A stretch of DNA of 32,233 bases. Origin: a candidate division WOR-3 bacterium. GTDB lineage: Bacteria; SDB-A. The DNA lies in contig JAFGSQ010000022.1 in NCBI GenBank assembly GCA_016934535.1, positions 1 to 32,233 of the forward strand, written 5' to 3'. The notes below the pieces were generated by a model, which had not been told where the DNA came from, made no database searches, and saw only the letters and a program-made list of their open reading frames with translations. This document shows, in pieces, positions 1 through 8,682 of the stretch. A program made the translations under genes and the position numbers. Each line of letters begins with the position of its first letter. Position 1 is the stretch's first letter.

Positions 1-45
1 CCACGGATTAAGAATCCGTTGCTCTGCCATTTGAGCTAGCAGCGC
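1..45 (-). tRNA. tRNA-Lys (anticodon CTT), 5' half only; 3' part lies outside the window
   Basis: Reverse complement reads GCGCTGC-TA-GCTC-AAATGGCA-GAGC-A-ACGGA-TTCTTAA-TCCGT-GG. This gives an acceptor 5' strand, U8A9, a GCTC/GAGC D-stem with GG in the loop, a perfect 5-bp anticodon stem and a 7-nt loop with CTT. Confidence 0.93.
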
Positions 46-58
46 GTTATTTATCCTT

Positions 59-87
59 TTGCTAACAGATAAACCTTTACCTGTCAA
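59..87 (-). promoter_or_regulatory. Putative sigma70 promoter of tRNA-Lys
   Basis: Minus strand TTGACA (87-82), a 17-nt spacer ending TGT, then TAGCAA (64-59; imperfect extended -10), 13 nt upstream of the tRNA 5' end. Confidence 0.5.
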
Positions 88-104
88 TTAAAAAAACATA
101 TTAT
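76..104 (+). promoter_or_regulatory. Putative sigma70 promoter for the 113 ORF (leaderless-type)
   Basis: TTTACC (76-81), 17 nt, TATTAT (99-104), 8 nt, ATG (113). No Shine-Dalgarno. Confidence 0.4.
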
Positions 105-112
105 AACAAGCG

Positions 113-1846
113 ATGTTACTTAATATAATGTGTTTTGCAGGATTGCTTTTCGGTTTTCAAAACCGGTATTTAGTCAATAACTCACTGACAAACGAAAGAA
201 GCCTGTCTTCTTTGCTGTTCCAGCTCGATTCTCTCATAGCGAACGAGGAAGCGACAGATCAGCAGATATTTCTGCGCGCAATGATCGGACTCGAAAGAGG
301 TCAGACATCATATTCTTTGGACCTTTTGAGAACAATCGAAGGTCGTCAGGGAGAAGCAGGATCAGCCGCCAGGACCGAGCTTTCAAGATGGACGCGGGGC
401 GACACGTTCGACGCCCGCGTCGCTTTCGTCACAGACAGCGTAACAGAAGATTCCTTTATCAGACACGTCAGAGTTTTCACACATGATCAGATAGAAATAC
501 CCTACAACCCTCTCTATACGGAGGTTGCTCTCGAAAGGGCATGGACAATTGATTCGTCCATACCCGGCAACATGTTTTATGTTGATCTGATACCTGCCGA
601 AAAAGAGACGGGAGGGTATTCGGTCTTTTACTTTGTACCCTCATCACGCGGAACCTGGGTCCACATAAAAATCTTCGGCGCTTTTTCGGGTATTGTTCCT
701 GCCTTGCCTGATTTTTACGGAAAATCCTGCACCTACGAAATCATGTTCAAAGAAAACGGTGTTTATACGGCATTACCGGATTCGGAATTTCTTTTAAGTG
801 TAATTGTGCAAAAAGCCGGTGAAAGTCTGAAAAACTTTGACACCGGCAATTTTAACTTCGAATCGGCCGAAAGCGCGTATTCGTATTTTTGTGACAATTT
901 AGACATCACCGATATTCCGCTGAGCCTTTCATTTTTCAAATCGAGAAAAGCCGAAGACATTTTCAGACAGAAAAGAGCGACGCCTTTCGAAACAGCTCTT
1001 CTTCTCATGAAAACGATTGCCGGCGTGGAGAATATTGAAATCTACGCCGTAAAACCGAGAATTTTCACATATCTGACGGACGCTCAAAGCATTTCTGCTT
1101 TCGACAAGATATTGCTGAGATTGAACGACACTCTCTGGCTGGACGCCGATCTCGTGTCGCCGTTCGGACACCTCCCCGGTAATTATCAAAACGCTCTGGC
1201 AATCGACCTGTCGAGCGGCGATCTGACTATGACACCGTGGCTGGAACCCGGCAAATCTTCATGCTTCGTCGAACAGAAAATACATACCGGCAATACCGGC
1301 GCTTCATACTCCATAGAATTATCATTGACCGGTGATTTTTTCAGGTTGGCCTCAAATGACCCTGATTTCAGCGAAAAGATCAGGTCTCAAATTCTCGCGA
1401 TGGGACCTGACGTATCTATCGACAAATTTTCCGTAGAAAAGACCCTGACTTCTATTAATTTTTCGGCCTCTTTTTCAGGCCGCGTTTTTTCCTACACAGA
1501 TAATTATTTTGCAGTATATCTTTACAAACCTTCCGCTCTGCTTTCCATGCTGAGGCCGTCTCCTTCCGAAAGAAGCATTCTTTTTCCTTTTGCCGCCGAA
1601 GTAATTCAACGCACAGAAATTTCAGGAGAGTATTTGCCGATGACACCGAACGCCGCCGGCAAAGAAACATCTTTTTCGAGAGCCTCTTTGGAAATCAGCT
1701 CTTCGGCAGGAAGCGTTGCTCTGCTTTCCTCTGCTGTATTTTGGGGCGAAAGAATATCCTCCGAATCATATCCTGCTTTGGAAGAGTTCACCCGCTTCGT
1801 CCATGAAGACGTCTTTCCTGAGTTTTTAGTTTTCGAAAGGAATTGA
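113..1846 (+). CDS. Exported transglutaminase-like (DUF3857/TGc-type) protein, catalytically degenerate
   Basis: Similar core layout to the downstream paralog, but ATPFETALLL replaces GDCKD and FDKILL replaces FNHVI. Retains LWLDA and PFGHLP. Hydrophobic N-terminus. Confidence 0.6.
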   Translation: MLLNIMCFAGLLFGFQNRYLVNNSLTNERSLSSLLFQLDSLIANEEATDQQIFLRAMIGLERGQTSYSLDLLRTIEGRQGEAGSAARTELSRWTRGDTFDARVAFVTDSVTEDSFIRHVRVFTHDQIEIPYNPLYTEVALERAWTIDSSIPGNMFYVDLIPAEKETGGYSVFYFVPSSRGTWVHIKIFGAFSGIVPALPDFYGKSCTYEIMFKENGVYTALPDSEFLLSVIVQKAGESLKNFDTGNFNFESAESAYSYFCDNLDITDIPLSLSFFKSRKAEDIFRQKRATPFETALLLMKTIAGVENIEIYAVKPRIFTYLTDAQSISAFDKILLRLNDTLWLDADLVSPFGHLPGNYQNALAIDLSSGDLTMTPWLEPGKSSCFVEQKIHTGNTGASYSIELSLTGDFFRLASNDPDFSEKIRSQILAMGPDVSIDKFSVEKTLTSINFSASFSGRVFSYTDNYFAVYLYKPSALLSMLRPSPSERSILFPFAAEVIQRTEISGEYLPMTPNAAGKETSFSRASLEISSSAGSVALLSSAVFWGERISSESYPALEEFTRFVHEDVFPEFLVFERN

Positions 1847-1847
1847 T

Positions 1848-3593
1848 TTGCAGATTTTTCCGCTTTTTTTGTTTTTCTTCCTTCTTCAATTCGAAGAACC
1901 CCCTGCAGACAGAATAATTTCAGCTACAGTCGTCTTTGAAAAAATAAACCGGGCTGAAACATACGATGTCGAAATGATCTTCACAGCGGGCTCTCCCAAA
2001 GAAGCCGGGCGTCTCGCTTACGTCGCGTACGATCAGAGCAGAAGCGCTTTGATACACTTCGACGTTTCCGGCGTTTCATCAGAGACAAATGAGGAGATAC
2101 GCCCTCTCAGAACGGAACGGATTTCCTATTCCGCCGGAGCTTCACTTTCGTATTCGGGTTATGTCGAAGAATATGCCGTCTTTCCGGATTTTTACGGACA
2201 GGCTGTATTCAAATTGAACTACTCTTTGCTTACAGACAGCACAATCTGGGGAGAAGATTTCATTTTTTCCATACCCGTGGGTGATGAACTTCCGCTTGAC
2301 ACTCTCGATATCAAAGTCATATCCGAAAAGCAATTTACCTGGACTTCAGGCGGAGAAAACGGATCAATCGCTCCCGGGATTTCCGGACCCGAGACTCTTT
2401 TTGTCAGGTTCACTTCTCTCGAACCCATAGACCCCGATTTTTACCCTGAAAACACCGTCTTTTTTATCGCCAGTTCTTTTTTCAGCTTCAGACAGATAGC
2501 CGATAACTGCTTAAATCTTTTTTGCGGAAAATTACTGGCCGACGCTGAGGTCCGGGAAACAGCACAGAGCATATCGAGGGGGTATCCGAAAGAGGCAAAA
2601 GCGAGAAGAATTTTTGACTTCGTGTCTTCGTCAATTGATTATACGGCTCTGGAATGGGGATGGAGAGGTTTTTATCCGAACGAACCATCCGTCACCCTCT
2701 CTGAGGGAAAAGGCGACTGCAAGGATAAAGTCTCACTTTTGATAGCGATGCTCGGCTGTGCGGGAGTGAAAGCATGGCCCGCTCTGATAGCAACGAGGGG
2801 GACGCCAGACCTTTCATTCTCGCCGCCTGCGGTTTTTTTTAATCACGTCATAGCTCTCGTTGAGATCAACGGCGAAGCAATTTTTTGCGATCCCTCGAAT
2901 CCCGGAGTGCCCTTCGGGGCTCTGCCCTTTGAAGACAGAGGAGTCACGGCCCTCGTGCTCTTCGACGATTCTTTCGCTCTAATGAAAACGCCTGACTCGT
3001 TCACAGACGAATACACGAGGATTGTCAGCGGATCGGTTTCCTCTGAAGGCGCGGCTGAGCTTACAGTTTCCGACACTGTTACTGGAGTCATCTCTTCCTT
3101 TTACAGAAGAGAGATACTTTCCCGGGGAACCTCTTCGGCTTATAACTGGTTTGCCCTGAAACTTCCCGGTTGGAAAATACTCGGCGCGTGGGCTTATTCC
3201 AATTCTCCGGTTTCGGCGGCAATCGGAGCACGGGTTTTCAGAAAAGCTTTGAGCGCCGGAATCAATTATTTCAACTTACCTCTCCTTTACATTGTCCCTC
3301 CGGCGACTGACGGTTATTACACCAACGGTCCCGTGAGATATTTTGTGGCTATGAGAGTTGCTGTTCCCGAAAACATTCAAGCCATCCTTCCGTCTGATTA
3401 CTTTTACGAGGACAGACTCCTAAAAGTCGAATTCAAATACGAGAGAACTGCGGACAGTATTTTTGTGTTTCACCTGTTCTCAATAAAAAACGGTGTCGCC
3501 GACTCCGATGAACTCGAAAACTACGAAGAAAGGCTTTTTGAGCTAAATTTACTTTCTAAAAGACCGTTGCTGTTGATAAAATCCGATTTGTGA
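1848..3593 (+). CDS. DUF3857/transglutaminase-like cysteine protease-fold protein, exported
   Basis: IFDFV..SIDY, GKGDCKDKVSLLIAML (Cys), FNHVI (His), FCDPS (Asp), PFGALP. TTG start 1 nt after the upstream stop. Hydrophobic N-terminus. Confidence 0.85.
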   Translation: MQIFPLFLFFFLLQFEEPPADRIISATVVFEKINRAETYDVEMIFTAGSPKEAGRLAYVAYDQSRSALIHFDVSGVSSETNEEIRPLRTERISYSAGASLSYSGYVEEYAVFPDFYGQAVFKLNYSLLTDSTIWGEDFIFSIPVGDELPLDTLDIKVISEKQFTWTSGGENGSIAPGISGPETLFVRFTSLEPIDPDFYPENTVFFIASSFFSFRQIADNCLNLFCGKLLADAEVRETAQSISRGYPKEAKARRIFDFVSSSIDYTALEWGWRGFYPNEPSVTLSEGKGDCKDKVSLLIAMLGCAGVKAWPALIATRGTPDLSFSPPAVFFNHVIALVEINGEAIFCDPSNPGVPFGALPFEDRGVTALVLFDDSFALMKTPDSFTDEYTRIVSGSVSSEGAAELTVSDTVTGVISSFYRREILSRGTSSAYNWFALKLPGWKILGAWAYSNSPVSAAIGARVFRKALSAGINYFNLPLLYIVPPATDGYYTNGPVRYFVAMRVAVPENIQAILPSDYFYEDRLLKVEFKYERTADSIFVFHLFSIKNGVADSDELENYEERLFELNLLSKRPLLLIKSDL

Positions 3594-3660
3594 CAAGTAA
3601 AATGTCTATTCATTTAGCGACGAATATAAACTATCATAGACAAAACAAAACGGAGTAAAT

Positions 3661-5025
3661 ATGAATGCTTTATTTTTGATTTTCTCTCTGGTCTTAGGGT
3701 CCAATTATGATCCGACGACATTGGTCTACCCCCCCGCGGGACATTCAGGCGGGTACAACAAGATTACTAATTTCACGATTTCAATGGTTCTCGGCTCGCA
3801 CCTGACTTTCGACAATCCTCAGGGGGTCAGTATAGTTAAACTCATCGAGCACGACGACCTGTCGACAGACAGGGACGACGACGAGCTCGCTTTTTTCGCC
3901 GTCAACAGCAACAGAGGCCAGGTGATTTTCAACATAGGCTTCGAAGACGTCAACTACTGGGGCAGTACCGGCACGGGCCGCGACAATTTGTGGGAACCCA
4001 TGGGCATTGCGGCGAATCCCGAGGGTGATGTCTACGTCGCAGACATGAACAATCACAGAGTCGTCAGGCTTAAATACGGAGCCGGCAAGCTTGAATACGT
4101 ATCATCTCTCGGCGACGGCTTCGGCTCTTCGACCGGCCAGCTCGCTTTCCCATGCGGAGTCGCAATAGATAAATCGGGCAATGTCTACGTCACTGAGATC
4201 GGAAATGACAGGGTTTCTGTTTTCGACAATAACGGCGCTTTCGTAAAAGTAATGGGAGTCGGCTATCTAAACGACCCTTTCGGCATAGCTCTCATAGACA
4301 GAAAAGACGTGTGGAATTACTACAGGGACAAAGATTACCTGGTCGTCACAGACAATTCGAACAAACGTATTTCTATGTTCGATTTTGCCGGCAACAGATT
4401 GAAATCCGTTGACGGGCTCGACTTGGGTTTCGAAAACATTTCCCTCGATTACGCCGCGATTGATTACTACGGAATGATATATGTCACGGACACTGACAAT
4501 TCACAGATCCACGTATTTTCGAGAGACCTCGTCCATGTTACGTCTTTCGGCAGGGAGGGCTCCGGCAAAAAAGAATTCATGTCGCCGAGAGGCATAGCTA
4601 TATGGAAAAGGTTCGGACAATTCATAATACTTGAGGCTTCATCCGCCCAGTATTACTGGGCTGGTATAGATGGATACATCAAAGGCGCGTTCCCGTCTGT
4701 TTTTCATTCCATGATGCCTGGTTCTACAATAGCCATTTTCATCACTCAGCCTGCAGTAATAACCCTGACAGTGTATGACAGCCGCGGCGAAATCGTCAGG
4801 AACCTCCTTCCTGAATTCAAAGAGACTCCTGGTTACACGCAGGTTCTGTGGGACGGCAGGGACAATTCTTCGAACATAGTCCTGCCGGGTGTTTACACAG
4901 TAAAAGCTGACCTCGAACCGACGTATTCTTCGAGAAGTTACTTCAAAAAGACGCTCTCCGTCGAGATTGAATGCACCGAATCGATCCTCGATTTGAACAG
5001 AGAAGGACAACCATCGGATTCATAG
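3661..5025 (+). CDS. Secreted NHL-repeat beta-propeller protein with C-terminal FlgD Ig-like domain
   Basis: Repeated P.GIA/VA...G.VYVAD..NHRV motifs. C-terminal TLTVYDSRGEIVRNL...GYTQVLWDGRDNSSNIVLPGVY. GGAG RBS and signal-like N-terminus. Confidence 0.85.
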   Translation: MNALFLIFSLVLGSNYDPTTLVYPPAGHSGGYNKITNFTISMVLGSHLTFDNPQGVSIVKLIEHDDLSTDRDDDELAFFAVNSNRGQVIFNIGFEDVNYWGSTGTGRDNLWEPMGIAANPEGDVYVADMNNHRVVRLKYGAGKLEYVSSLGDGFGSSTGQLAFPCGVAIDKSGNVYVTEIGNDRVSVFDNNGAFVKVMGVGYLNDPFGIALIDRKDVWNYYRDKDYLVVTDNSNKRISMFDFAGNRLKSVDGLDLGFENISLDYAAIDYYGMIYVTDTDNSQIHVFSRDLVHVTSFGREGSGKKEFMSPRGIAIWKRFGQFIILEASSAQYYWAGIDGYIKGAFPSVFHSMMPGSTIAIFITQPAVITLTVYDSRGEIVRNLLPEFKETPGYTQVLWDGRDNSSNIVLPGVYTVKADLEPTYSSRSYFKKTLSVEIECTESILDLNREGQPSDS

Positions 5026-6530
5026 GTCTTTACCTCATCATCGCGACGGTTTTCAGCGAAACAACTGTATTCGTCGACAGCGCCAGCGTCGAAATATTTT
5101 TTCAAGAACAAACGGCCGAGCGATTCAAAGTCGTAAAACCTTTGTACAATGGAACCGACTTATACGCATGGCTCGACTCCCCTGATTTCGATCCTTCTCC
5201 TTTTTTCTATTTTTTCGTGCCCCGGACAGGCGTTCAAAAAAATCTTTTCACTGCCGGAAAAAGAATTTTCATCGAAGACTTCCCTTTGTCAGAACCTGTT
5301 TTCGGCACGGACATTTACGACGGCGACCTGTCTTTTTTTCCGAATCCTGAATTTTCTTTTATGAGGCGCTATTTAAGATTCGGACTTTTTCAGGACAGAG
5401 ACAGGCTTCCGAAAACCTATCTTTCTCACGGTAGAACAGGCGATGATTCTGAAAACTCTTCTGTTATTTTTACAAGAGATATTTTTGACGCTTCGAAGGC
5501 CTCTTTTGGAGGAAATCTCATAAGAGGAAGCGAGTACCTGCCTTTTTCGCATTACGAATCTCAAAAAGGATACATACGCATTCAAACGCATCTTAAACCG
5601 GTTTCGATTGACGGTTACGCTGTTCACAATTACGAAAGAGAAGGCCACAGAGATTCATTGCCGTCAAAAACCGTTTATGACCTGGGCTGTTTAACTTTAA
5701 AAAAATCTTTTTTCGGCGTCGAATACGGTTATTTCTTTTTCCGGGCGGAGGACTCTGAAAATGCAGTAACTGCGAAAATTCACAGCGCAGACTTGTTCGT
5801 TGAATTCAGCCCTCTGCGAGCTACCGATCTTCGCCTTTCTGCTGGCGTGACAGTCATCGACACGGGCGAAGAAAAAAGAATTTACGGATCGCGAATGTCT
5901 TTTTCCCGCGAAATATTCCGTTTGGTGTGGCTGAAAGCTGATCTTGAAGTTAAAAGCGATTCCACTCACGGAGCCGACGTGTCTTTACTTTTCAGACCGG
6001 CTCTGAATTTCTCTTTATACGGAGGGGTCTCGGAGTGCTACAATTCCCCGCCGATTTCCGCCCCGCTGAAAGAAGTGTCCCGCGAAAGAACATCCGCGGT
6101 TTTTTATGCCGGAGCAAGATATCTCGGTCCTAAAATAGAATTTGACGCTTCAGGCGGATATGTTTCGCGTCTTTCCGAATGGACTTTCGTGCAGAACAAC
6201 TGGCGCGAATCAGAAACAGAACCTTTAGTCGAAGCGGCTTTCTATTCGGTCTACACTCCTATCAAGGACCTTAAAATTGGCGTTTTCGGATTTCGCGACT
6301 CGACTTACAAGGCTTGTCTCTTTTCCACCTATTCAAGAACACTCTTCAACGGCGATCTTGAAATTTCCCTTTCCCCCGGCACTATAGCAGATAAAACCGA
6401 CTCGTACGATTATTACCCGTTTTTTCTTTTGAAAACCCGGATAATAAACCTGTTTTTTGACTGGAGAATTCAGTTTGACGAAAAAGACTTCCTCATAGAT
6501 TATGGAGTTGTATGGCAGTTCACAAATTGA
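4971..6530 (+). CDS. Putative outer-membrane beta-barrel protein (porin / degenerate TonB-receptor-like); start uncertain
   Basis: Alternating aromatic/hydrophobic strands and a C-terminal YGVVWQFTN barrel signature. Hydrophobic IGLYLIIATVFS leader and a weak plug-like FIEDFPLSEP..DLSFFP segment. Confidence 0.55.
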   Translation: MHRIDPRFEQRRTTIGFIGLYLIIATVFSETTVFVDSASVEIFFQEQTAERFKVVKPLYNGTDLYAWLDSPDFDPSPFFYFFVPRTGVQKNLFTAGKRIFIEDFPLSEPVFGTDIYDGDLSFFPNPEFSFMRRYLRFGLFQDRDRLPKTYLSHGRTGDDSENSSVIFTRDIFDASKASFGGNLIRGSEYLPFSHYESQKGYIRIQTHLKPVSIDGYAVHNYEREGHRDSLPSKTVYDLGCLTLKKSFFGVEYGYFFFRAEDSENAVTAKIHSADLFVEFSPLRATDLRLSAGVTVIDTGEEKRIYGSRMSFSREIFRLVWLKADLEVKSDSTHGADVSLLFRPALNFSLYGGVSECYNSPPISAPLKEVSRERTSAVFYAGARYLGPKIEFDASGGYVSRLSEWTFVQNNWRESETEPLVEAAFYSVYTPIKDLKIGVFGFRDSTYKACLFSTYSRTLFNGDLEISLSPGTIADKTDSYDYYPFFLLKTRIINLFFDWRIQFDEKDFLIDYGVVWQFTN

Positions 6531-6535
6531 ATATA

Positions 6536-8227
6536 ATGAGCATCAGAGGATTCGTCGCTCAAAAACTTTCCGAATCTATCGGAATATCTTCCGACGAAGT
6601 GTCGCAAAACTTTTCCGATCCGCCCGATCCTTCTTTGGGAGACCTGGCTCTCAGGACTTTCTTTCTTGCAAAAAAAATGAAATTACCTCCACAATCCGTT
6701 GCGGCAGAGATCTGTAAAAAAAGCATATCTCCCGCTGAATTTTCCATGTGCCCCTCGGGTCCATACGTCAACATAACCCTGAACACGTCTTTCGTCTGTT
6801 CTCACGCCGCCGAAAGAGTTCTGTCCGCGGGCGACAGTTGGGGAACTTCCGACGAGGGGAGGGGTAAAACGGTTGTCATTGATTATTCTTCCCCAAACAT
6901 CGCCAAACCATTCGGCGTCGGTCATTTACGCTCCACAGCCATAGGAGCGAGCCTATACAGGATTTTAAAAACAGCCGGTTATGAAGTCGTGGGAATTAAT
7001 CACATCGGCGACTGGGGAACTCAGTTCGGCATCATATTGGCCGGATTCGAGACCGAAAAGATTGATTTGGATAAACTCGGCGCCGACGCTGTCAGAAAAG
7101 CATACGAAATATATGTAAAGTATTCCGCTTTTTCAGAAAATAATCCTGGATTCAGGGATAAAGCGAGAGACTGGTTTTCAAAGCTTGAAAATAACGACAC
7201 AAAAGCGGTGAAATTCTGGGAAGCCGTCAAAAATTCAAGTCTGAACGAATTCAGAAAGACATATTCGAAGCTTAATATAAATTTTGATCACTACATTGGA
7301 GAAAGTTTTTACGCGAAAAATACAGACGAAGTCCTCAAATTTTTCGCCGAAAAAGGGCTTTCCAGAAAAGATCAGGGAGCTACGATAGTCCCTTTGGAAG
7401 AATACGATCTTCCGCCGGTTTTACTTACGAAATCTGACGGCTCAACTTTATACGCTACAAGGGAAATAGCTTCGGTTTTTTATCGTCTCAAAACTTTCAA
7501 ACCAAGTAAACTGCTTTACGTAGTCGGAAATCCTCAGGAACTTCATTTCAAACAACTTCAAGCGATTCTTGAAAAAGCCGGCGTTCTCGAAAGGGACTTC
7601 ATAATTCACGTCAAATTCGGGCACATTCAGGGCATGAGCACTCGAAAGGGAAATCTCGTTTTTCTCGAAGATCTGATGGAAGAAGCCAGCTTCAGAGCGC
7701 TGGCTAAAATAGAGGAAGGTCAGCACGCTTTGGGAGAAAAAGCCAACACCGAAGAACTTGCATTCAGCATAGGCGTGGGAGCGATAATATTCAACGACCT
7801 TAAAAACAAACGCGTCAGGGACATTGAGTTCGACTGGGACAGGGCGATGTCTTTCGAAGGCGAAACAGGTCCGTACCTTCAATACGCTCACGCGAGGATT
7901 TGCTCCATTCTCAGGAAAGCCGGCAAGTTCACCGAAAATCCTGTTTTCTGCTCCGCCCTCGAATCTGACGAGGAAAAAAGGCTTGCTCTGGCCATAGACG
8001 GATTTCCGGACACGGTCATGTCAGCGTCAACAGAATTTGAACCGTCCGTCGTCTCCAAATACCTGCTGGATTTGGCGGGACATTTTTCTACCTTCTATCA
8101 TGCGCATAGAGTCCTTACGGGAGACGATAAAATTAGAGCTGCACGGCTGTCTCTTCTTAAAGCATGCAAATTGACCTTATCGAAGGGACTTCTTCTCCTC
8201 GGCATCGAACCTGTCGAGGCCATGTAA
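6536..8227 (+). CDS. argS: Arginine--tRNA ligase
   Basis: IDYSSPNIAKPFGVGHLRST, NHIGDWGTQFG, KSDGSTLYATR, GMSTRKG, FEGETGPYLQYAHAR, C-terminal LGIEPVEAM. The ATG at 6536 lies just after the upstream stop (the ORF track start 6512 overlaps it). Confidence 0.97.
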   Translation: MSIRGFVAQKLSESIGISSDEVSQNFSDPPDPSLGDLALRTFFLAKKMKLPPQSVAAEICKKSISPAEFSMCPSGPYVNITLNTSFVCSHAAERVLSAGDSWGTSDEGRGKTVVIDYSSPNIAKPFGVGHLRSTAIGASLYRILKTAGYEVVGINHIGDWGTQFGIILAGFETEKIDLDKLGADAVRKAYEIYVKYSAFSENNPGFRDKARDWFSKLENNDTKAVKFWEAVKNSSLNEFRKTYSKLNINFDHYIGESFYAKNTDEVLKFFAEKGLSRKDQGATIVPLEEYDLPPVLLTKSDGSTLYATREIASVFYRLKTFKPSKLLYVVGNPQELHFKQLQAILEKAGVLERDFIIHVKFGHIQGMSTRKGNLVFLEDLMEEASFRALAKIEEGQHALGEKANTEELAFSIGVGAIIFNDLKNKRVRDIEFDWDRAMSFEGETGPYLQYAHARICSILRKAGKFTENPVFCSALESDEEKRLALAIDGFPDTVMSASTEFEPSVVSKYLLDLAGHFSTFYHAHRVLTGDDKIRAARLSLLKACKLTLSKGLLLLGIEPVEAM

Positions 8228-8644
8228 ATGTTGTTTTTTTCCATTCTGGCCATATTGTGCTGGGGACTTTGGGGATTTTTCGGAAAGCTCGCAACCAGAT
8301 ACAATACCCCCCTCGTTATAACGGCAATCAACAATCTCATAGCTCCTGTTTACGGCATAATCATGCTGTTATTCATAAAAAACAAAACCAGTTCCATCAA
8401 CATAAAAAATCCGGCCCTGCTTTTAATATTCCTTGTAATGACGGCCGGAACCATAGGATCTTACGCGTTTTACGCCGCGCTGTCCAGGGGCAGTCCATCC
8501 ATTGTGGTGACGCTGACGGCGCTCTATCCTGCCGTGACAATAATACTTTCCGTGATTTTTTTCAAAGAATCCTTCACCTTGCTTCAGATCATAGGTTTCG
8601 CTCTGGTTTTTTTAGGCGCCTTGCTTTTGAACATTGGCAAATAA
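8228..8644 (+). CDS. EamA/DMT family small membrane transporter (single repeat)
   Basis: 138 aa with ~5 hydrophobic helices. WGLWGFFGK, FYAALSRG..SIVVTLTALYP, FFKE..T..QIIG motifs. Confidence 0.88.
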   Translation: MLFFSILAILCWGLWGFFGKLATRYNTPLVITAINNLIAPVYGIIMLLFIKNKTSSINIKNPALLLIFLVMTAGTIGSYAFYAALSRGSPSIVVTLTALYPAVTIILSVIFFKESFTLLQIIGFALVFLGALLLNIGK

Positions 8645-8682
8645 GACAATTCCTTTTATCATTAAAGAAAAAAAGACGACTC

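Noticed and set aside
1-3600. tRNA-anchored integrative element
   Set aside because: Only the tRNA 5' side is in the window. No integrase or att duplication was seen.
6400-6535. T-box leader for argS
   Set aside because: The upstream DNA is coding up to 6530 and has no T-box or terminator structure.
8164-8682. 173-aa N-terminal extension of the GlmL-like ORF (716 aa in the track)
   Set aside because: It fully overlaps the end of argS and the EamA gene in another frame and has non-protein-like composition. The family motif starts at ATG 8683.
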